Below are positions 36,604 to 47,400 of a stretch of DNA of 64,000 bases, one piece after another. How positions within the stretch are numbered: the stretch's first letter is position 1; every line of letters begins with the position of its first letter. Source of the stretch: an uncultured Bacteroidota bacterium (GTDB lineage: Bacteria > Bacteroidota > Bacteroidia > Bacteroidales > GCA-2748055). The stretch covers positions 100,752 to 164,751 of the forward strand of contig CAWCAK010000008.1 of NCBI GenBank assembly GCA_963793455.1. Reading direction: 5' to 3'. The translations under genes and the position numbers were made by a program. The notes below the pieces were generated by a model that was not told where the DNA came from, did not search any database, and saw nothing but the letters and a program-made list of their open reading frames with translations.

Positions 36604-38936
36604 TCACTCACCGAACAATCCGGACAGAACCTCTGCCAGCTGATCCCCTGTAAAGGGCTTTGGCAGGTATGCATCAAAGCCCTCCTTAAGGAACCTGGCC
36701 CTGTCACCCACCAACGCATGGGCAGAATGGGCAACGACTTTCACATCGTTGAAGCGTTCCTTCACGATCCTCATGGTGTCGGTACCGGTCAGAACCGGCA
36801 TCCTGACATCCATGAAGATGAGCTCAGGCCGGGGTTGATGCTCCATCAGTTGCAGGGTCTCATACCCCGTGGAGGCAGGAAGCACAGCATGCCCCATGCC
36901 TGAAAGCAGTTCACTGAACAGGTCCAGTGAATCCTGCTCATCATCCACCACAACGATTCTCAGTACCCGTGAAACCGCTTTGGCTGTATCAGGCTTGCGG
37001 TCTGCTGATTGTGTAGGCTCCAGTTTCCGGGAAGCTTTCATGGGAAGCTCAACCTGGAAGAGGGCACCCTCTCCTTCCGCCGATTCCACCCAGATCCTTC
37101 CACCCATCATATGCACCAGGTTCTTACAGATGGCCAGCCCCAGCCCGGTACCCCCGAATTTCCTGGTATTGGATCCGTCCACCTGCCTGAACTGGTCGAA
37201 GATCAGGTTAAAATTCTCAGGAGCAATCCCAACACCTCTATCCTGTACATACAGGATGGCGTTCTGATCCGTTGATGCCCTCCGGCAACCTATGGTCACC
37301 TGTCCCGATTCAGTGAATTTGACGGCATTGTTAACAAGGTTTTTCATGATCTGCGTCAGCCTGATCACATCGGTCTCGATCTCACATTCGCTGTTTTTCT
37401 CTTCGGATACAATTTCAATGCCTTTCTTGTCCAGGCGATTTAGTTCATCAAGCGCATACTGCTTCATATCGCTGATAAGCACCGAGAGCTTCAGCTTTCC
37501 ATATACAATGGGTAATTGTCCACTCTCTATCTTTGCCAGGTCGATGATGTCCGAGATCAGGGCAAGCAATAATTCCGAGTTCCTGACGATCCTTTTCACG
37601 TACATGGACCGGGCCTCTTCATCCAGTCCCGGGTTTACCAGCAGGTTGGAAAATCCCACGATGGAATTCATGGGGGTCCTGATTTCGTGGGACATGTTGG
37701 CCAGGAAGGCCGATTTCAGTTTGTCGCTCTCCTCGGCATGCTGCTTGGCCCTTTTCAGCTCCTCCATGTCCCTTCTTCTTTCCGTCACATCCCTGATGAT
37801 GGTAAGGATCATGTCCTTCTCCCCCTTCTCACTGGGAATGATCACATTCCTGGAAGAGACAAACAGGTAATGCCCCGACTTATGCCTGGCCCTGTAGTCC
37901 ACAAAAAGTGCACCATCCCGGACCAGCTTCAATCCCTGTTCCTCCAGCATGACCCGGTCATCCGGATGGATGATCTCCATCCATCCCAGGGCCATGAATT
38001 CATCCTGTGTATAACCAAAGGTGTTATGAAATGCAGCATTGATCAGGATGATCTCCCGGTCTGCTGTAAACAATCCGATGGGATCTTCTGCTGCATCGAA
38101 CAGGGTGCGGTATAGCCGCTCACTCTCCCTCAGTGCTATCTCGGTCTGCTTTCCCTTGGTCTTGTCTGCGGCAATGGCGATCATCAGTTTCTCCCCGGTC
38201 ATTGCAAAAGCATGAGCGGTGACCTCCAGCCAGCGTACCTTGTCCTTCCCGATGGTGACCTTTTGTTCCACACGCCCGTATCCCTTCTCCAGCACCTGCC
38301 TGAAGAGCTCCCCCTCTGTTCCCAGTATATTGTCTTCTGAATGTTCCTCCGGAATCATCTGCATCAGGTGCTCCGGCCCTTTGCCAAACAGCTCCATCGC
38401 TGCTTTATTGGCATCCAGCACCCTGCCTGCCTTCCCCTCTCCAGCTCAATGACCACGATGGCTTCGTTGGAGTTCCTGAAAATGAATTCAAACTTCTCTT
38501 TGTCCTGCACCTTGGCCATCAGTTGCTTGTATTGCCCTGAAATATCCATGGTGATCCCACCTATGATAACCCCTTTCCCATGTTCATCCCGTTCGATCAC
38601 TGTTCCGCGGTTATAGTACCACTGCCACTCTCCCTGGTGGTCCTTCACCCGGAATTCGATCTCGTACAGCGAATCCTCACCGTAGATCAGGCGGCGGATC
38701 CGTTCCAGGTTTTCACTTGCATCATCGGGATGGATGTTCTTGTAAATGGAGGGCTTTGAAGGATCAAATTCCTCCGGAACAATTCCCAGCACCTCCAGCA
38801 GAGAGGGGCTCACCACCAGTCTCCTTTCCAGATTGTTCCAGTGCCACCAGTGGAGGCCGATCCGCTCGGAGGCTGCAACAAATCCTGCGGACGGATCAGA
38901 AAGCTCCCTGGGTATGGAATAGTGCTTTTTTGTCAT
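36604..38936 (-). pseudogene. Hybrid sensor histidine kinase (PAS-PAS-HisKA-HATPase-REC) with one frameshift
   Basis: ORF 38364-38936 holds the PAS regions and ORF 36604-38421 the rest, joining at ...IVVIELE / VLDANKAAMELFG with a shift in 38421-38440 (GGCAGGCAGG). H-box SHEIRTPMNSIVGFSNLL, DRGVGI, GGTGLGLAICKNLV. Receiver domain VVVDDEQD...FMDVRMP...LPKPF. Confidence 0.85.
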
Positions 38937-39022
38937 GCATGCATAGGTGTCTGTATATTAAAGATAATACAATCCTTTCGAACTTTCCACCTGAAAGTTA
39001 TGTTGTAACAAATAAAAAAATC

Positions 39023-39692
39023 ATGGAAACTGCCCTCTCTTTTTTAAATGACCTGGCCAGGAACAATAACCGGGAATGGTTCAATGACAACAAGAAAAGG
39101 TACCAGGAAGCGCTTGAAATATTCAGGGGACTGGCTGAAAGACATGCAGGAGGGGATCATCCGGTTCGATCCCTCCCTCGCGGGGATAGAGGCAAAAGAT
39201 GCCATCTTCCGGATCTATAAGGATGTGCGCTTTTCGAAAGACAAATCCCCTTACAAGACCCATTTTGGATGCTGGATGACCAGGGGGGGCAGGAAATCCA
39301 CCGACGCCGGATACTACTTTCACCTGGAACCGGGAGGATCTTTCATGGCAGCAGGTGTCCACTCCCCTCCCAAGGAGCAGCTGAACCTGATCCGCCAGGA
39401 GATTGTATTCAACCCGGATGCCTATCTCCAGGTGGTCAATGATCCTGTGTTGCAGGAAAGATACCAGCGTGGATTCAGGGAGGATATGCTAAAGAAAGGA
39501 CCTGCCGGTTTTCCGAAAGATTTTATACACCTTGATGAGCTCAAATACAAACACTATATCTTCTCCAGGAACTATACCGACAAGGAAGTCTCCAAACCTG
39601 GTTTTGCCGGTATCCTTGTGGATGACTTCAAAGGATTGTTTCCCCTGGTGAACTGGATGAACAATGCCATGTCCTTTACCGGAAATGAATGA
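39023..39692 (+). pseudogene. DUF2461 (TIGR02453) family protein with one frameshift
   Basis: METALSFLNDLARNNNREWFNDNKKRYQEALEIFR is in one frame; DWLKDMQEGIIRFDPSL...RIYKDVRFSKDKSPYKTHF...YYFHLEPGGSFMAAG is in the next. The shift is at the GGGG run 39126-39129. Confidence 0.75.
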
Positions 39693-39791
39693 ACTGTATG
39701 GTTTTCCCCGCTGTGTGACTAAAGTTACAGTAGGAGTGTAAGGTGAACCCTATTTTTGCGTCAGAATATAAACCAAACAAATCATACAGTC

Positions 39792-40154
39792 ATGAAACTT
39801 GAACATTTAACAAACGAGACATTCAAAGAGAAAATATTCAATTACGAAGCCAACAAGGAGTGGAAATTCGAAGGAGCAACACCTGCCATTATAGATTTCT
39901 ATGCTGACTGGTGTGGACCCTGTAAGGTAGTTGGCCCCATCCTCGAAGAGTTAAAAGCTGAATATGGCGACAAACTTGATATCTTCAAGGTTAACACCGA
40001 AGAACAGCGTGAACTTTCGTCTGTATTCGGCATCCAGAGCATTCCATCCCTGCTCTTTATTCCCAAAGAAGGACAGCCCCAGATGGCCATGGGAGCTCTC
40101 CCGAAAGAGACCTTTAAGCAGGCCATTTCTGAGGTTCTGAGTGTAACTGAATAA
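39792..40154 (+). CDS. Thioredoxin
   Basis: MKLEHLTNETF..., active site FYADWCGPCK, then GIQSIPSLLF. Confidence 0.85.
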   Translation: MKLEHLTNETFKEKIFNYEANKEWKFEGATPAIIDFYADWCGPCKVVGPILEELKAEYGDKLDIFKVNTEEQRELSSVFGIQSIPSLLFIPKEGQPQMAMGALPKETFKQAISEVLSVTE

Positions 40155-40166
40155 AAAAACAACAAT

Positions 40167-40724
40167 ATGAAAAAAGTCATTATAAGCTTAGCAGCCATTT
40201 CATTCCTTTTTTTCTCATGCAACAGTGGCTCAGCCTCTTCGCTTGACGGAAAGAGTGAATCCGTCAATGGCAAGGAAACCAACAGTGCGGTTAGTACTGC
40301 CGGCACTACATCAGAGAGTTCAGGGAAACCGGTAAACCTCACCAAGCAGGATTTCCTGGAGAAGGTGATGAATTATGAGAAGAACCAGACAACCTGGATA
40401 TATGAAGGTGACAGGCCCGCCCTGATCGATTTTTATGCCGACTGGTGCGGACCCTGCCGCATGGCAGCACCTGTGCTTGAGGAACTGGCCAAGGAGTATG
40501 AAGGAAAGATCCACATCTATAAGATTGATACTGAAAAGGAACGCGAGCTGGCAGCAGTTTTCGGGATCCAGAGCATCCCTGCATTCCTGTTCGTACCTCA
40601 GGATGGACAGCCCACCATGAGCAATGGGATTGCCAGTACACCTGAGGAAACCAAAGTCATGTTCCGCCAGATGATCGATGAGATTCTACTGGGCCAGAAA
40701 CCAAAAGCCAGTCAGGGAAGTTAG
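40167..40724 (+). CDS. Thioredoxin-domain lipoprotein
   Basis: Lipobox LFFSC, low-complexity linker, then a thioredoxin fold with FYADWCGPCR and GIQSIPAFLF. Confidence 0.85.
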   Translation: MKKVIISLAAISFLFFSCNSGSASSLDGKSESVNGKETNSAVSTAGTTSESSGKPVNLTKQDFLEKVMNYEKNQTTWIYEGDRPALIDFYADWCGPCRMAAPVLEELAKEYEGKIHIYKIDTEKERELAAVFGIQSIPAFLFVPQDGQPTMSNGIASTPEETKVMFRQMIDEILLGQKPKASQGS

Positions 40725-40772
40725 TTAGAGTTAGGTTAGGTTGAGGTTAGGTTAGGTTAGGTTAGTGTTTAG
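40720..40772 (+). repeat. (GTTAG/GTTAGG)n microsatellite starting at the thioredoxin stop codon
   Basis: AGTTAGTTAGAGTTAGGTTAGGTTGAGGTTAGGTTAGGTTAGGTTAGTGTTTAG. TAG occurs in all three frames. Confidence 0.9.
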
Positions 40773-40776
40773 ATAA

Positions 40777-40817
40777 AGAGAGCCGGTCGCAAATGCGCCG
40801 GCTCTCTTCTTTTTTTG
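40777..40817 (+). terminator. Rho-independent terminator
   Basis: GAGAGCCGGTCGC / GCGCCGGCTCTC hairpin followed by a T-rich run. Confidence 0.7.
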
Positions 40818-41006
40818 TCAGTCAACTTTCTGCGCCTGAAGGCACTGATGTAGTGCATGACCGTGGCGGCCAGGTCATACTCCTCCACAAAATCGATTTT
40901 GTCTGGATAATTTTACACTTTTGAGTAAACGTTTTAAGATATATTTGTTCTGTCGCTGTAGTTATACAAAATCCTGAGATTCAATAAATGATCATCCTCA
41001 GCAATA

Positions 41007-41855
41007 ATGAGTAAATATGTAGGTGCACATGTAAGTGCTTCCGGGGGTGTGGAGAACGCACCGCTGAATGCAAGGGAGATCGGGGCAACGGCTTTTGCGT
41101 TCTTCACCAAAAACCAGAGGCAGTGGGCGGCCAAACCGCTGACCCGGGAAAATATCGATGGATTTAAGAAGAACTGTGGGGAGGCAGGCTATGCCCCCCA
41201 CCAGATCCTCCCGCACGACAGCTACCTGATCAACCTGGGCAATCCCGACCGGGAGGCACTGAAAAAATCAAGGGCCGCCTTCCTGGATGAGATGCAGCGG
41301 TGTGAACAGCTGGGGCTTGACAGACTTAATTTCCACCCGGGCGCACACCTGAACAGGATCGGTGAAGAAGCCTGCATTCATCTGATCGCCGAATCGGTGA
41401 ACCAGGTGCTGGGCCAGACCGAGGGAGTGACTGCTGTCATCGAGAACACGGCAGGACAGGGATCCAACCTGGGATACACCTTCGAACAGATCGCCGGGAT
41501 CATGGAGGGGGTCTCTGACCGGTCAAGGATCGGAGTCTGCATCGATACATGCCATGCCTTTACGGCCGGATATGACCTGAGGACCAGGGAGACCTTCGAG
41601 GAGGCCTTCAGCAGGTTCAACAGTGTGATCGGATTTGAATTCCTGAAAGGAATGCACCTGAACGATTCCAAAAAGGAGCTGGGAACACGGGTGGACAGGC
41701 ATGACAGTCTGGGCAAGGGGTTCCTGGGAACGGATCCTTTCAGGTGGATCATGGCAGATTCTCGCTTCGACGGGATCCCGCTGGTACTGGAAACGCCCGA
41801 TGACGCTATCTGGGCAGAGGAGATCAAATTATTGAATAGTTTTTTGCACCAATAA
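41007..41855 (+). CDS. nfo: Endonuclease IV (deoxyribonuclease IV)
   Basis: [47 protein letters not shown]. Confidence 0.9.
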   Translation: MSKYVGAHVSASGGVENAPLNAREIGATAFAFFTKNQRQWAAKPLTRENIDGFKKNCGEAGYAPHQILPHDSYLINLGNPDREALKKSRAAFLDEMQRCEQLGLDRLNFHPGAHLNRIGEEACIHLIAESVNQVLGQTEGVTAVIENTAGQGSNLGYTFEQIAGIMEGVSDRSRIGVCIDTCHAFTAGYDLRTRETFEEAFSRFNSVIGFEFLKGMHLNDSKKELGTRVDRHDSLGKGFLGTDPFRWIMADSRFDGIPLVLETPDDAIWAEEIKLLNSFLHQ

Positions 41856-41900
41856 CCAATAACCAATACCTTTCATTCTAATAACCAATAACCAATAACT
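41849..41900 (+). repeat. Two blocks of (CCAATAA)3 heptamer repeats spanning the nfo stop
   Basis: CCAATAACCAATAACCAATACC, spacer TTTCATTC, then TAATAACCAATAACCAATAACT. TAA occurs in all three frames. Confidence 0.9.
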
Positions 41901-41909
41901 CAATTTCCC

Positions 41910-43340
41910 ATGCGCCACGAAAGATCACACACCAAGATCATTGCCACTATCGGGCCTGCCACCCGCAACAAGGAGATCCTTGAAAAGATGATCCACGAGG
42001 GAGTGGATGTATGCCGCATAAACTGCTCACACGACACCCATGCCGAGCACCTGAAGACCATCCGGAATATCCGGGACCTCAACAAGGAGCTGGGAAGCCA
42101 TGTGGCCATCCTGGCCGATCTCCAGGGACCCAAGCTGCGTGTTGGGGAGATCGTGAATAACAGGGCTGACCTGGTGGAAGGACAGGAATATACCTTTGTA
42201 AACACACCATGCACCGGCGATGCTGAGAAGGCTTACATCAGTTACAAGCAGCTCCCGGCAGATGTGACCATCGGGGAAACCATCCTTGTGGATGATGGGA
42301 AACTGGCTTTTGAAGTAGTTGCAACCGACGGCAAGGAGTGGATTAAAACCCGTGTACTGAACGGGGGGCCGATCTCCAGCCGCAAAGGGGTAAACCTGCC
42401 ACACACGAAGATCTCTCAGCCCAGCATGACGGAAAAGGACCTGGATGACGCCAGGTTTGCCCTGGACAACCAGGTGGACTGGATCGCCCTCTCCTTCGTA
42501 CGGTGTGAAAAGGACATCAGGGAACTAAAGAAAATAGTGGATGCCCACCCCAGCAGTGCCATGATCATTGCAAAGATCGAAAAACCTGAGGCCCTCGAGG
42601 AGATCGACGGGATCATCGATGCTGCAGACGGGATCATGGTGGCCAGGGGGGACCTGGGTGTGGAGGTGGACTTTCACAGGGTCCCGCTGATCCAGAAAAA
42701 CATCATCAAGAAATGCAGGGAGCGGTCAAAACCGGTTATCGTGGCCACCCAGATGATGGAGAGCATGATCACCAATCCGACACCCACCCGGGCCGAAGCC
42801 AACGATGTGGCCAACGCGGTGCTCGACGGGGCCGATACGGTGATGCTCAGCGGGGAGACTTCCATCGGTAAATACCCGGTACAGACCATCCGGAACATGC
42901 AATTGGTCATTGACTCCACCGAAACAGAAGAGGTCATGTTCTACAAGGGGCATGCACCAAACCTGGGCAGTCCCGGATTCCTTGCCGATTCCATCTGTTA
43001 CAACGCAGTCCGGCTGGCAGAACAGGTGAATGCGGCAGCCATTATTGCACTTACCCATTCGGGTTATACGGCCATCCGCATCAGCTCCCACAGGCCCAGG
43101 GCACATATCTTCACCTTCACCATGAACCAGGACCTCATCGCCGATCTCTCCCTGGTCTGGGGTGTGAGGACCTTCTATTTTGCCGAGTGCTTCCAGATCA
43201 ATGATTACATTGACTATACCGATGAATTCCTGGTGACCCAGGGACTGCTGAAGAAGGGTGACCTGGTGATCCATGTGGGCAGCATTCCCATTATGGAGAA
43301 GGGAAAGACCAACATGTTGAAACTGACACGCGTAAGCTGA
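41910..43340 (+). CDS. pyk: Pyruvate kinase
   Basis: TKIIATIGPA, RINCSHDTH, MVARGDLGVE, ATQMMESM. Length 476 aa. Confidence 0.95.
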   Translation: MRHERSHTKIIATIGPATRNKEILEKMIHEGVDVCRINCSHDTHAEHLKTIRNIRDLNKELGSHVAILADLQGPKLRVGEIVNNRADLVEGQEYTFVNTPCTGDAEKAYISYKQLPADVTIGETILVDDGKLAFEVVATDGKEWIKTRVLNGGPISSRKGVNLPHTKISQPSMTEKDLDDARFALDNQVDWIALSFVRCEKDIRELKKIVDAHPSSAMIIAKIEKPEALEEIDGIIDAADGIMVARGDLGVEVDFHRVPLIQKNIIKKCRERSKPVIVATQMMESMITNPTPTRAEANDVANAVLDGADTVMLSGETSIGKYPVQTIRNMQLVIDSTETEEVMFYKGHAPNLGSPGFLADSICYNAVRLAEQVNAAAIIALTHSGYTAIRISSHRPRAHIFTFTMNQDLIADLSLVWGVRTFYFAECFQINDYIDYTDEFLVTQGLLKKGDLVIHVGSIPIMEKGKTNMLKLTRVS

Positions 43341-43346
43341 GCCTGG

Positions 43347-44207
43347 TTGGAAAAGCGTATCGATACCTGGATTGGGGAGGCTGAAGAGAGATGGCTGGAA
43401 CCCTTGCAACGGCATGTAACCGGACTGTTTGCCCGGACCTTCCTTCCCTCACATGACCAGACCCACCACCAGAGGGTCTGGAACAACTGCAGGATCCTGC
43501 TCCGGGAGATCTCCCGGTTCAATGCACGGCCTCACCGGTCCCTGGTGGAGGGGGTGATGGTGGCTGCATGGTTCCACGATTCGGGCATGGCCAGCGATCC
43601 GGGCAGGAAACACGGAGCACTGGGCCGGGAGATGTGCGAGGAATTCTTCAGGGAAGGGGGGTATCAGATCCCGGAACGTTACAGTGAGTTGCTAGATGCC
43701 ATAGAGAACCATGACCGCAAGGGAGATAGGGCCTGCACCGGTTTCACTGCAGAAGAATCCCCCGGGATTCTCGATATCCTGGCTGTGGCGGATGACCTGG
43801 ATGCCCTGGGCACCATCGGGATCTACAGGTATGCAGAGATCTACCTCCACAGGAGTGTCCCACCATGGTCCCTCGGGGTATCAGTACTGGGAAACGCACA
43901 GGCCCGTTTCATGAGCATGGCAAAATGTTGCAGCACATGCCCGGCGCTGATGGAAAGAGCCTCCGGGCAATATACCGTGCTAACCGATTTCTACAACCTG
44001 TATAACCAGCAGCTGCTCACCGGGACCCTGCCCGATGAGGTGATGTGGGGACACCTGGGTATTGTGAATCATATCCGCAGAATGTGTGTTGAAGGAGGAG
44101 TAAGGCCGGAACAGATGATCCATTCACCGGACCTTAAGAATGCGGGAATGATGGTAAAATCCTACTTTAAAGAACTGAAAGATGAACTGGAACAGGAAGA
44201 TCGCTGA
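43347..44207 (+). CDS. HD-domain protein (metal-dependent phosphohydrolase superfamily)
   Basis: HDQTHHQRVW and AAWFHDSG. Non-ATG start in the track. Confidence 0.6.
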   Translation: MEKRIDTWIGEAEERWLEPLQRHVTGLFARTFLPSHDQTHHQRVWNNCRILLREISRFNARPHRSLVEGVMVAAWFHDSGMASDPGRKHGALGREMCEEFFREGGYQIPERYSELLDAIENHDRKGDRACTGFTAEESPGILDILAVADDLDALGTIGIYRYAEIYLHRSVPPWSLGVSVLGNAQARFMSMAKCCSTCPALMERASGQYTVLTDFYNLYNQQLLTGTLPDEVMWGHLGIVNHIRRMCVEGGVRPEQMIHSPDLKNAGMMVKSYFKELKDELEQEDR

Positions 44208-45937
44208 ACGGGTACTGATCCTGCTTATGCTGGTGGGACTGACAGGCACCGGGGCAAAGGGACAGGTGGAACTCAGGTATTCACAGAATGAAACCGTTAC
44301 CTGGAAGGAAGCCATTGCCATGTACAGCTGGCTGGATGAAACCTATCCCCGGGCCAGGTTGCTGGAGGCGGGGGCAACCGATGCGGGGAAACCCCTGCAC
44401 CTGTTCATCATCTCCACCGGCGGGGAATTTACCCCGGCTGAAGCCCGGAAATCGGGCAAAACGGTGCTCTTTATCAACAACGGGATCCATCCAGGGGAAT
44501 CATGCGGTGTAGATGCAAGCCTGAAGCTGGCCGATGAACTGCTGTCGGGCCGGGACGAATTACGACCGTTTCCTGGAGAACACGGTGGTGGTCATTGTAC
44601 CCTTATTCAATGTGGGTGGTGCACTCAACCGGGGGATGTATCACCGCGCCAACCAGAACGGACCTGTGGAGCACGGTTTTCGGGGCAATGCACGGAACCT
44701 GGACCTGAACAGGGATTTTATCAAAATGGATTCCAGGAACACGCAGTCGCTGGCGAAGATCCTGAGGGAATGGGAACCCGACCTGTTTGTGGATACCCAT
44801 ACCTCCAACGGGGCAGACTATCCCTATGTGATCACACTCATCAACAGCCATGAGCAGAGGCATGAACCGGCGCAGAAGGAGTTCATGGAGAACCGTGTCA
44901 GGCCCTTCCTGTTCGAAGCCATGAAAGCCACCCCTTACGAGATGTCACCCTACGTATGGAGCCACAGGCAAACTCCTGAAAGCGGCATCAGGAGCTTCAT
45001 GGACTACCCCAGGTATACCTCGGGGTATGCCAGCATGTTCAACACCCTTGCCTTTACGGTGGAAACCCATATGTTCAAGCCCTTCGAAGAGAGGGTGCTT
45101 GCCACATGGCACCTGCTCAGGGAGATGCTCAGGTTCGCCCACGATAACGGGGAGGAGATCATAACAGTCAAAGCCCGCGCCTGGAGGGAGAAACTGATTC
45201 GCAGCGATTTTACCCTGCAGTGGGAACTGGATACCACACGCTCCGATTCTGTCCTGTTCAGGGGATACACGGCCAGGTACAAGCCCAGTGAAGTGACCGG
45301 CCACGACCGGCTCTTTTACGACCGCAACGATCCCTGGGAGAGGAAGATCCCCTGGTACAGGTACTTCAAACCGGAGGTATCCGCAACAGTCCCCGGATTC
45401 TATATCCTTCCTGCTGCCTGGGGGGAAGTGACTTCCAGGCTGGAAATCAACCAGGTAGAGATGCAACAGCTCTCCGCCGACACCATCCTTGAAGTGGAAG
45501 TCAGCTACATAGAGCATTACGAAACTTCGGAAAAACCCTACAACGGGCACTACCGGCACCACGGGGTCAGGGTCCGCAGGGAAGTGGTGCCTGTCCGCCT
45601 GATGGAAGGGGATTACCTGATCCCCGTAAGGCAAAAAGCCATCGAGTACCTGGTCCAGACCCTCGAACCGCAGGGGTATGATTCCTTCTTCAGCTGGAAT
45701 TTCTTCGATGAGGTCCTGTTCCGGAATGAGTATTTCTCCCCCTATATCTTCGAGGAGACTGCTGAAAAACTGTTGAACGAAGATCCCCGGCTCAGGCGGG
45801 AGTTCAGGAAAAAGAGGAAGGAGGACCCGGAATTCTCAGGGAATCCCACCCTGCAACTCAGGTTTATTTATGAGCGTTCCCCATGGTCGGAACCCACCTA
45901 CATGCGCTACCCGGTCTACCGCTGGAATCCCGGTTAA
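44182..45937 (+). pseudogene. M14-family zinc carboxypeptidase with one frameshift
   Basis: Signal peptide plus INNGIHPGESCG in ORF 44182. The rest, in ORF 44534, carries YDRFLENTVVVIVPLFN, FRGNARNLDLNRDF, VDTHTSNGADY. The frames join near 44555. Confidence 0.8.
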
Positions 45938-46024
45938 CCGGTGCAACATTAACTCCAAAGTAAGTTGCTGATCGGTATAAAATTAGCTACTTTTAGCCCT
46001 GATCTGAGCAATAACCGGGACCAG

Positions 46025-47320
46025 GTGAAAAAGAAAAGAGCCTTCCTTCTTGGAATGATCATCGCTGTTGTACAGCTTACCTGCAGTGCAACAGTGCAGC
46101 TGAACGAGTTCCTGGACAAAATCGAGGCCAGGGATGTGCGGGTCCTGGAGAGCGAATCCATCTACGACAGCATCGTGGAGGTGATGATTGTTCAGCCCCT
46201 CGACCACCGCGACCCTGATGGAGGGACATTCGAGCAGCGTCTTTATATCTCCCACTTTGATCCCTCCAGTCCGGTGGTCCTTGTGACCGAAGGATACGAT
46301 GCCAGGTACTATTACACCGCGGAGATCGCCGCCCGGCTGAAATGCAACCAGGTGATGGTCGAACACAGGTATTTCGGCCGCAGTGCACCCGACAGCCTTG
46401 AATGGCAGTACCTCGACACCTGGCAAGCAGCCTCAGATCATCACCGCATCGTACAGATCTTCAAGGAACTCTACCCCGGTCCATGGATCTCCACCGGGAT
46501 CAGCAAGGGGGGACAGACGGTGATGTACCACAGCTATTTTTATCCCGACGATGTGGATGTGAGGATTCCCTATGTGGCTCCGCTGAACTACGGGGTGGAG
46601 GATAAGCGGATCTATACCTTCCTGGACCAGGTGGGGAAACCTGGTGACCGGAGAAAGGTGCAGAGGTTCCAGAAGATGGCCCTGAAGCACCAGGAGAAAT
46701 ACCTCCCTGCTTTCGAAGAATTCTCTGAAAAGAAGGGATATACCTATGAGATAGCAGGCAGCGTCGAAAAGGCATACGAATATTGCGTGCTCGAGTATTC
46801 ATTCGCTTTCTGGCAGTGGGGTTACGTCCCGGTGAAAAAGATACCAGGAATAGCAGCCAGTCCGAGAGCCGTTGTGGAGCATATGAACCGGGTTGCCGGC
46901 TTCGACTATTTCAGTGATGCATTCATCACCGAACACAGGCCCTTCTTCTACCAGGCCCTCACCGAAATGGGGTATTACGGGTATGACCTGGATGAATTCG
47001 GAAGGTTCATCAGGTATGTGGAGGCACCTGATTTCACCTTTACCATGCCGGAAGAGGTGGAACTCTATTTCGATCCTGATCTCTCCCTGGAAGTGCAACA
47101 TTACCTGCAAAAGGAGGCAGACAATTTCATCTACATCTATGGGGAATACGATACCTGGTCAGCCACCGCCGTAACCAGCACCGGGAGTACCAATTCGAAA
47201 ATATTCATCAAGGAGGGCGGATCCCACCGTACCCGCATCAACAACATGCCCGAAGCACAGCGGGAAGAGGTCTACCGGACCATCGAACATCTCCTCAAGG
47301 AATCATCCAACGAACCATAG
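46025..47320 (+). CDS. S28/S37-type serine peptidase (alpha/beta fold)
   Basis: The GTG at 46025 gives the signal peptide MKKKRAFLLGMIIAVVQLTCSA. VEHRYFGRSAP and the nucleophile elbow GISKGG are present. Confidence 0.6.
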   Translation: MKKKRAFLLGMIIAVVQLTCSATVQLNEFLDKIEARDVRVLESESIYDSIVEVMIVQPLDHRDPDGGTFEQRLYISHFDPSSPVVLVTEGYDARYYYTAEIAARLKCNQVMVEHRYFGRSAPDSLEWQYLDTWQAASDHHRIVQIFKELYPGPWISTGISKGGQTVMYHSYFYPDDVDVRIPYVAPLNYGVEDKRIYTFLDQVGKPGDRRKVQRFQKMALKHQEKYLPAFEEFSEKKGYTYEIAGSVEKAYEYCVLEYSFAFWQWGYVPVKKIPGIAASPRAVVEHMNRVAGFDYFSDAFITEHRPFFYQALTEMGYYGYDLDEFGRFIRYVEAPDFTFTMPEEVELYFDPDLSLEVQHYLQKEADNFIYIYGEYDTWSATAVTSTGSTNSKIFIKEGGSHRTRINNMPEAQREEVYRTIEHLLKESSNEP

Positions 47321-47370
47321 CCCAGGCCCCAGTCTGCGAACGTAGCGAGCACCCTATCTGCCTGCGATGC

Positions 47371-47400
47371 TAACTCCTAACTCCTATCCCCTATCCCTCC
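47371..47400 (-). repeat. Short tandem repeats (GGGATA)2(GGAGTTA)2 encoding the C-terminus and stop of the MBL gene
   Basis: Plus strand reads TAACTCCTAACTCCTATCCCCTATCCCTCC. On the minus strand it reads GGIGDRS* with TAG repeated out of frame. Confidence 0.8.

Noticed and set aside
40720-40772. Telomere-like TTAGG repeats implying a linear replicon end or eukaryotic contamination
   Set aside because: The run is about 50 nt long, imperfect, embedded between normal bacterial genes, and followed by an ordinary terminator.
40816-40960. Minus-strand 47-codon open frame (..DKIDFVEEYDLAATVMHYISAFRRRKL..) and a similar coiled-coil-like fragment at 32347-32431 (..KERISEAKEDLKEMELTDLKKALLEIS*) as gene remnants
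   Set aside because: They have no start codon, no recognisable family, and are too short to distinguish from chance. Noted only as possible relics.
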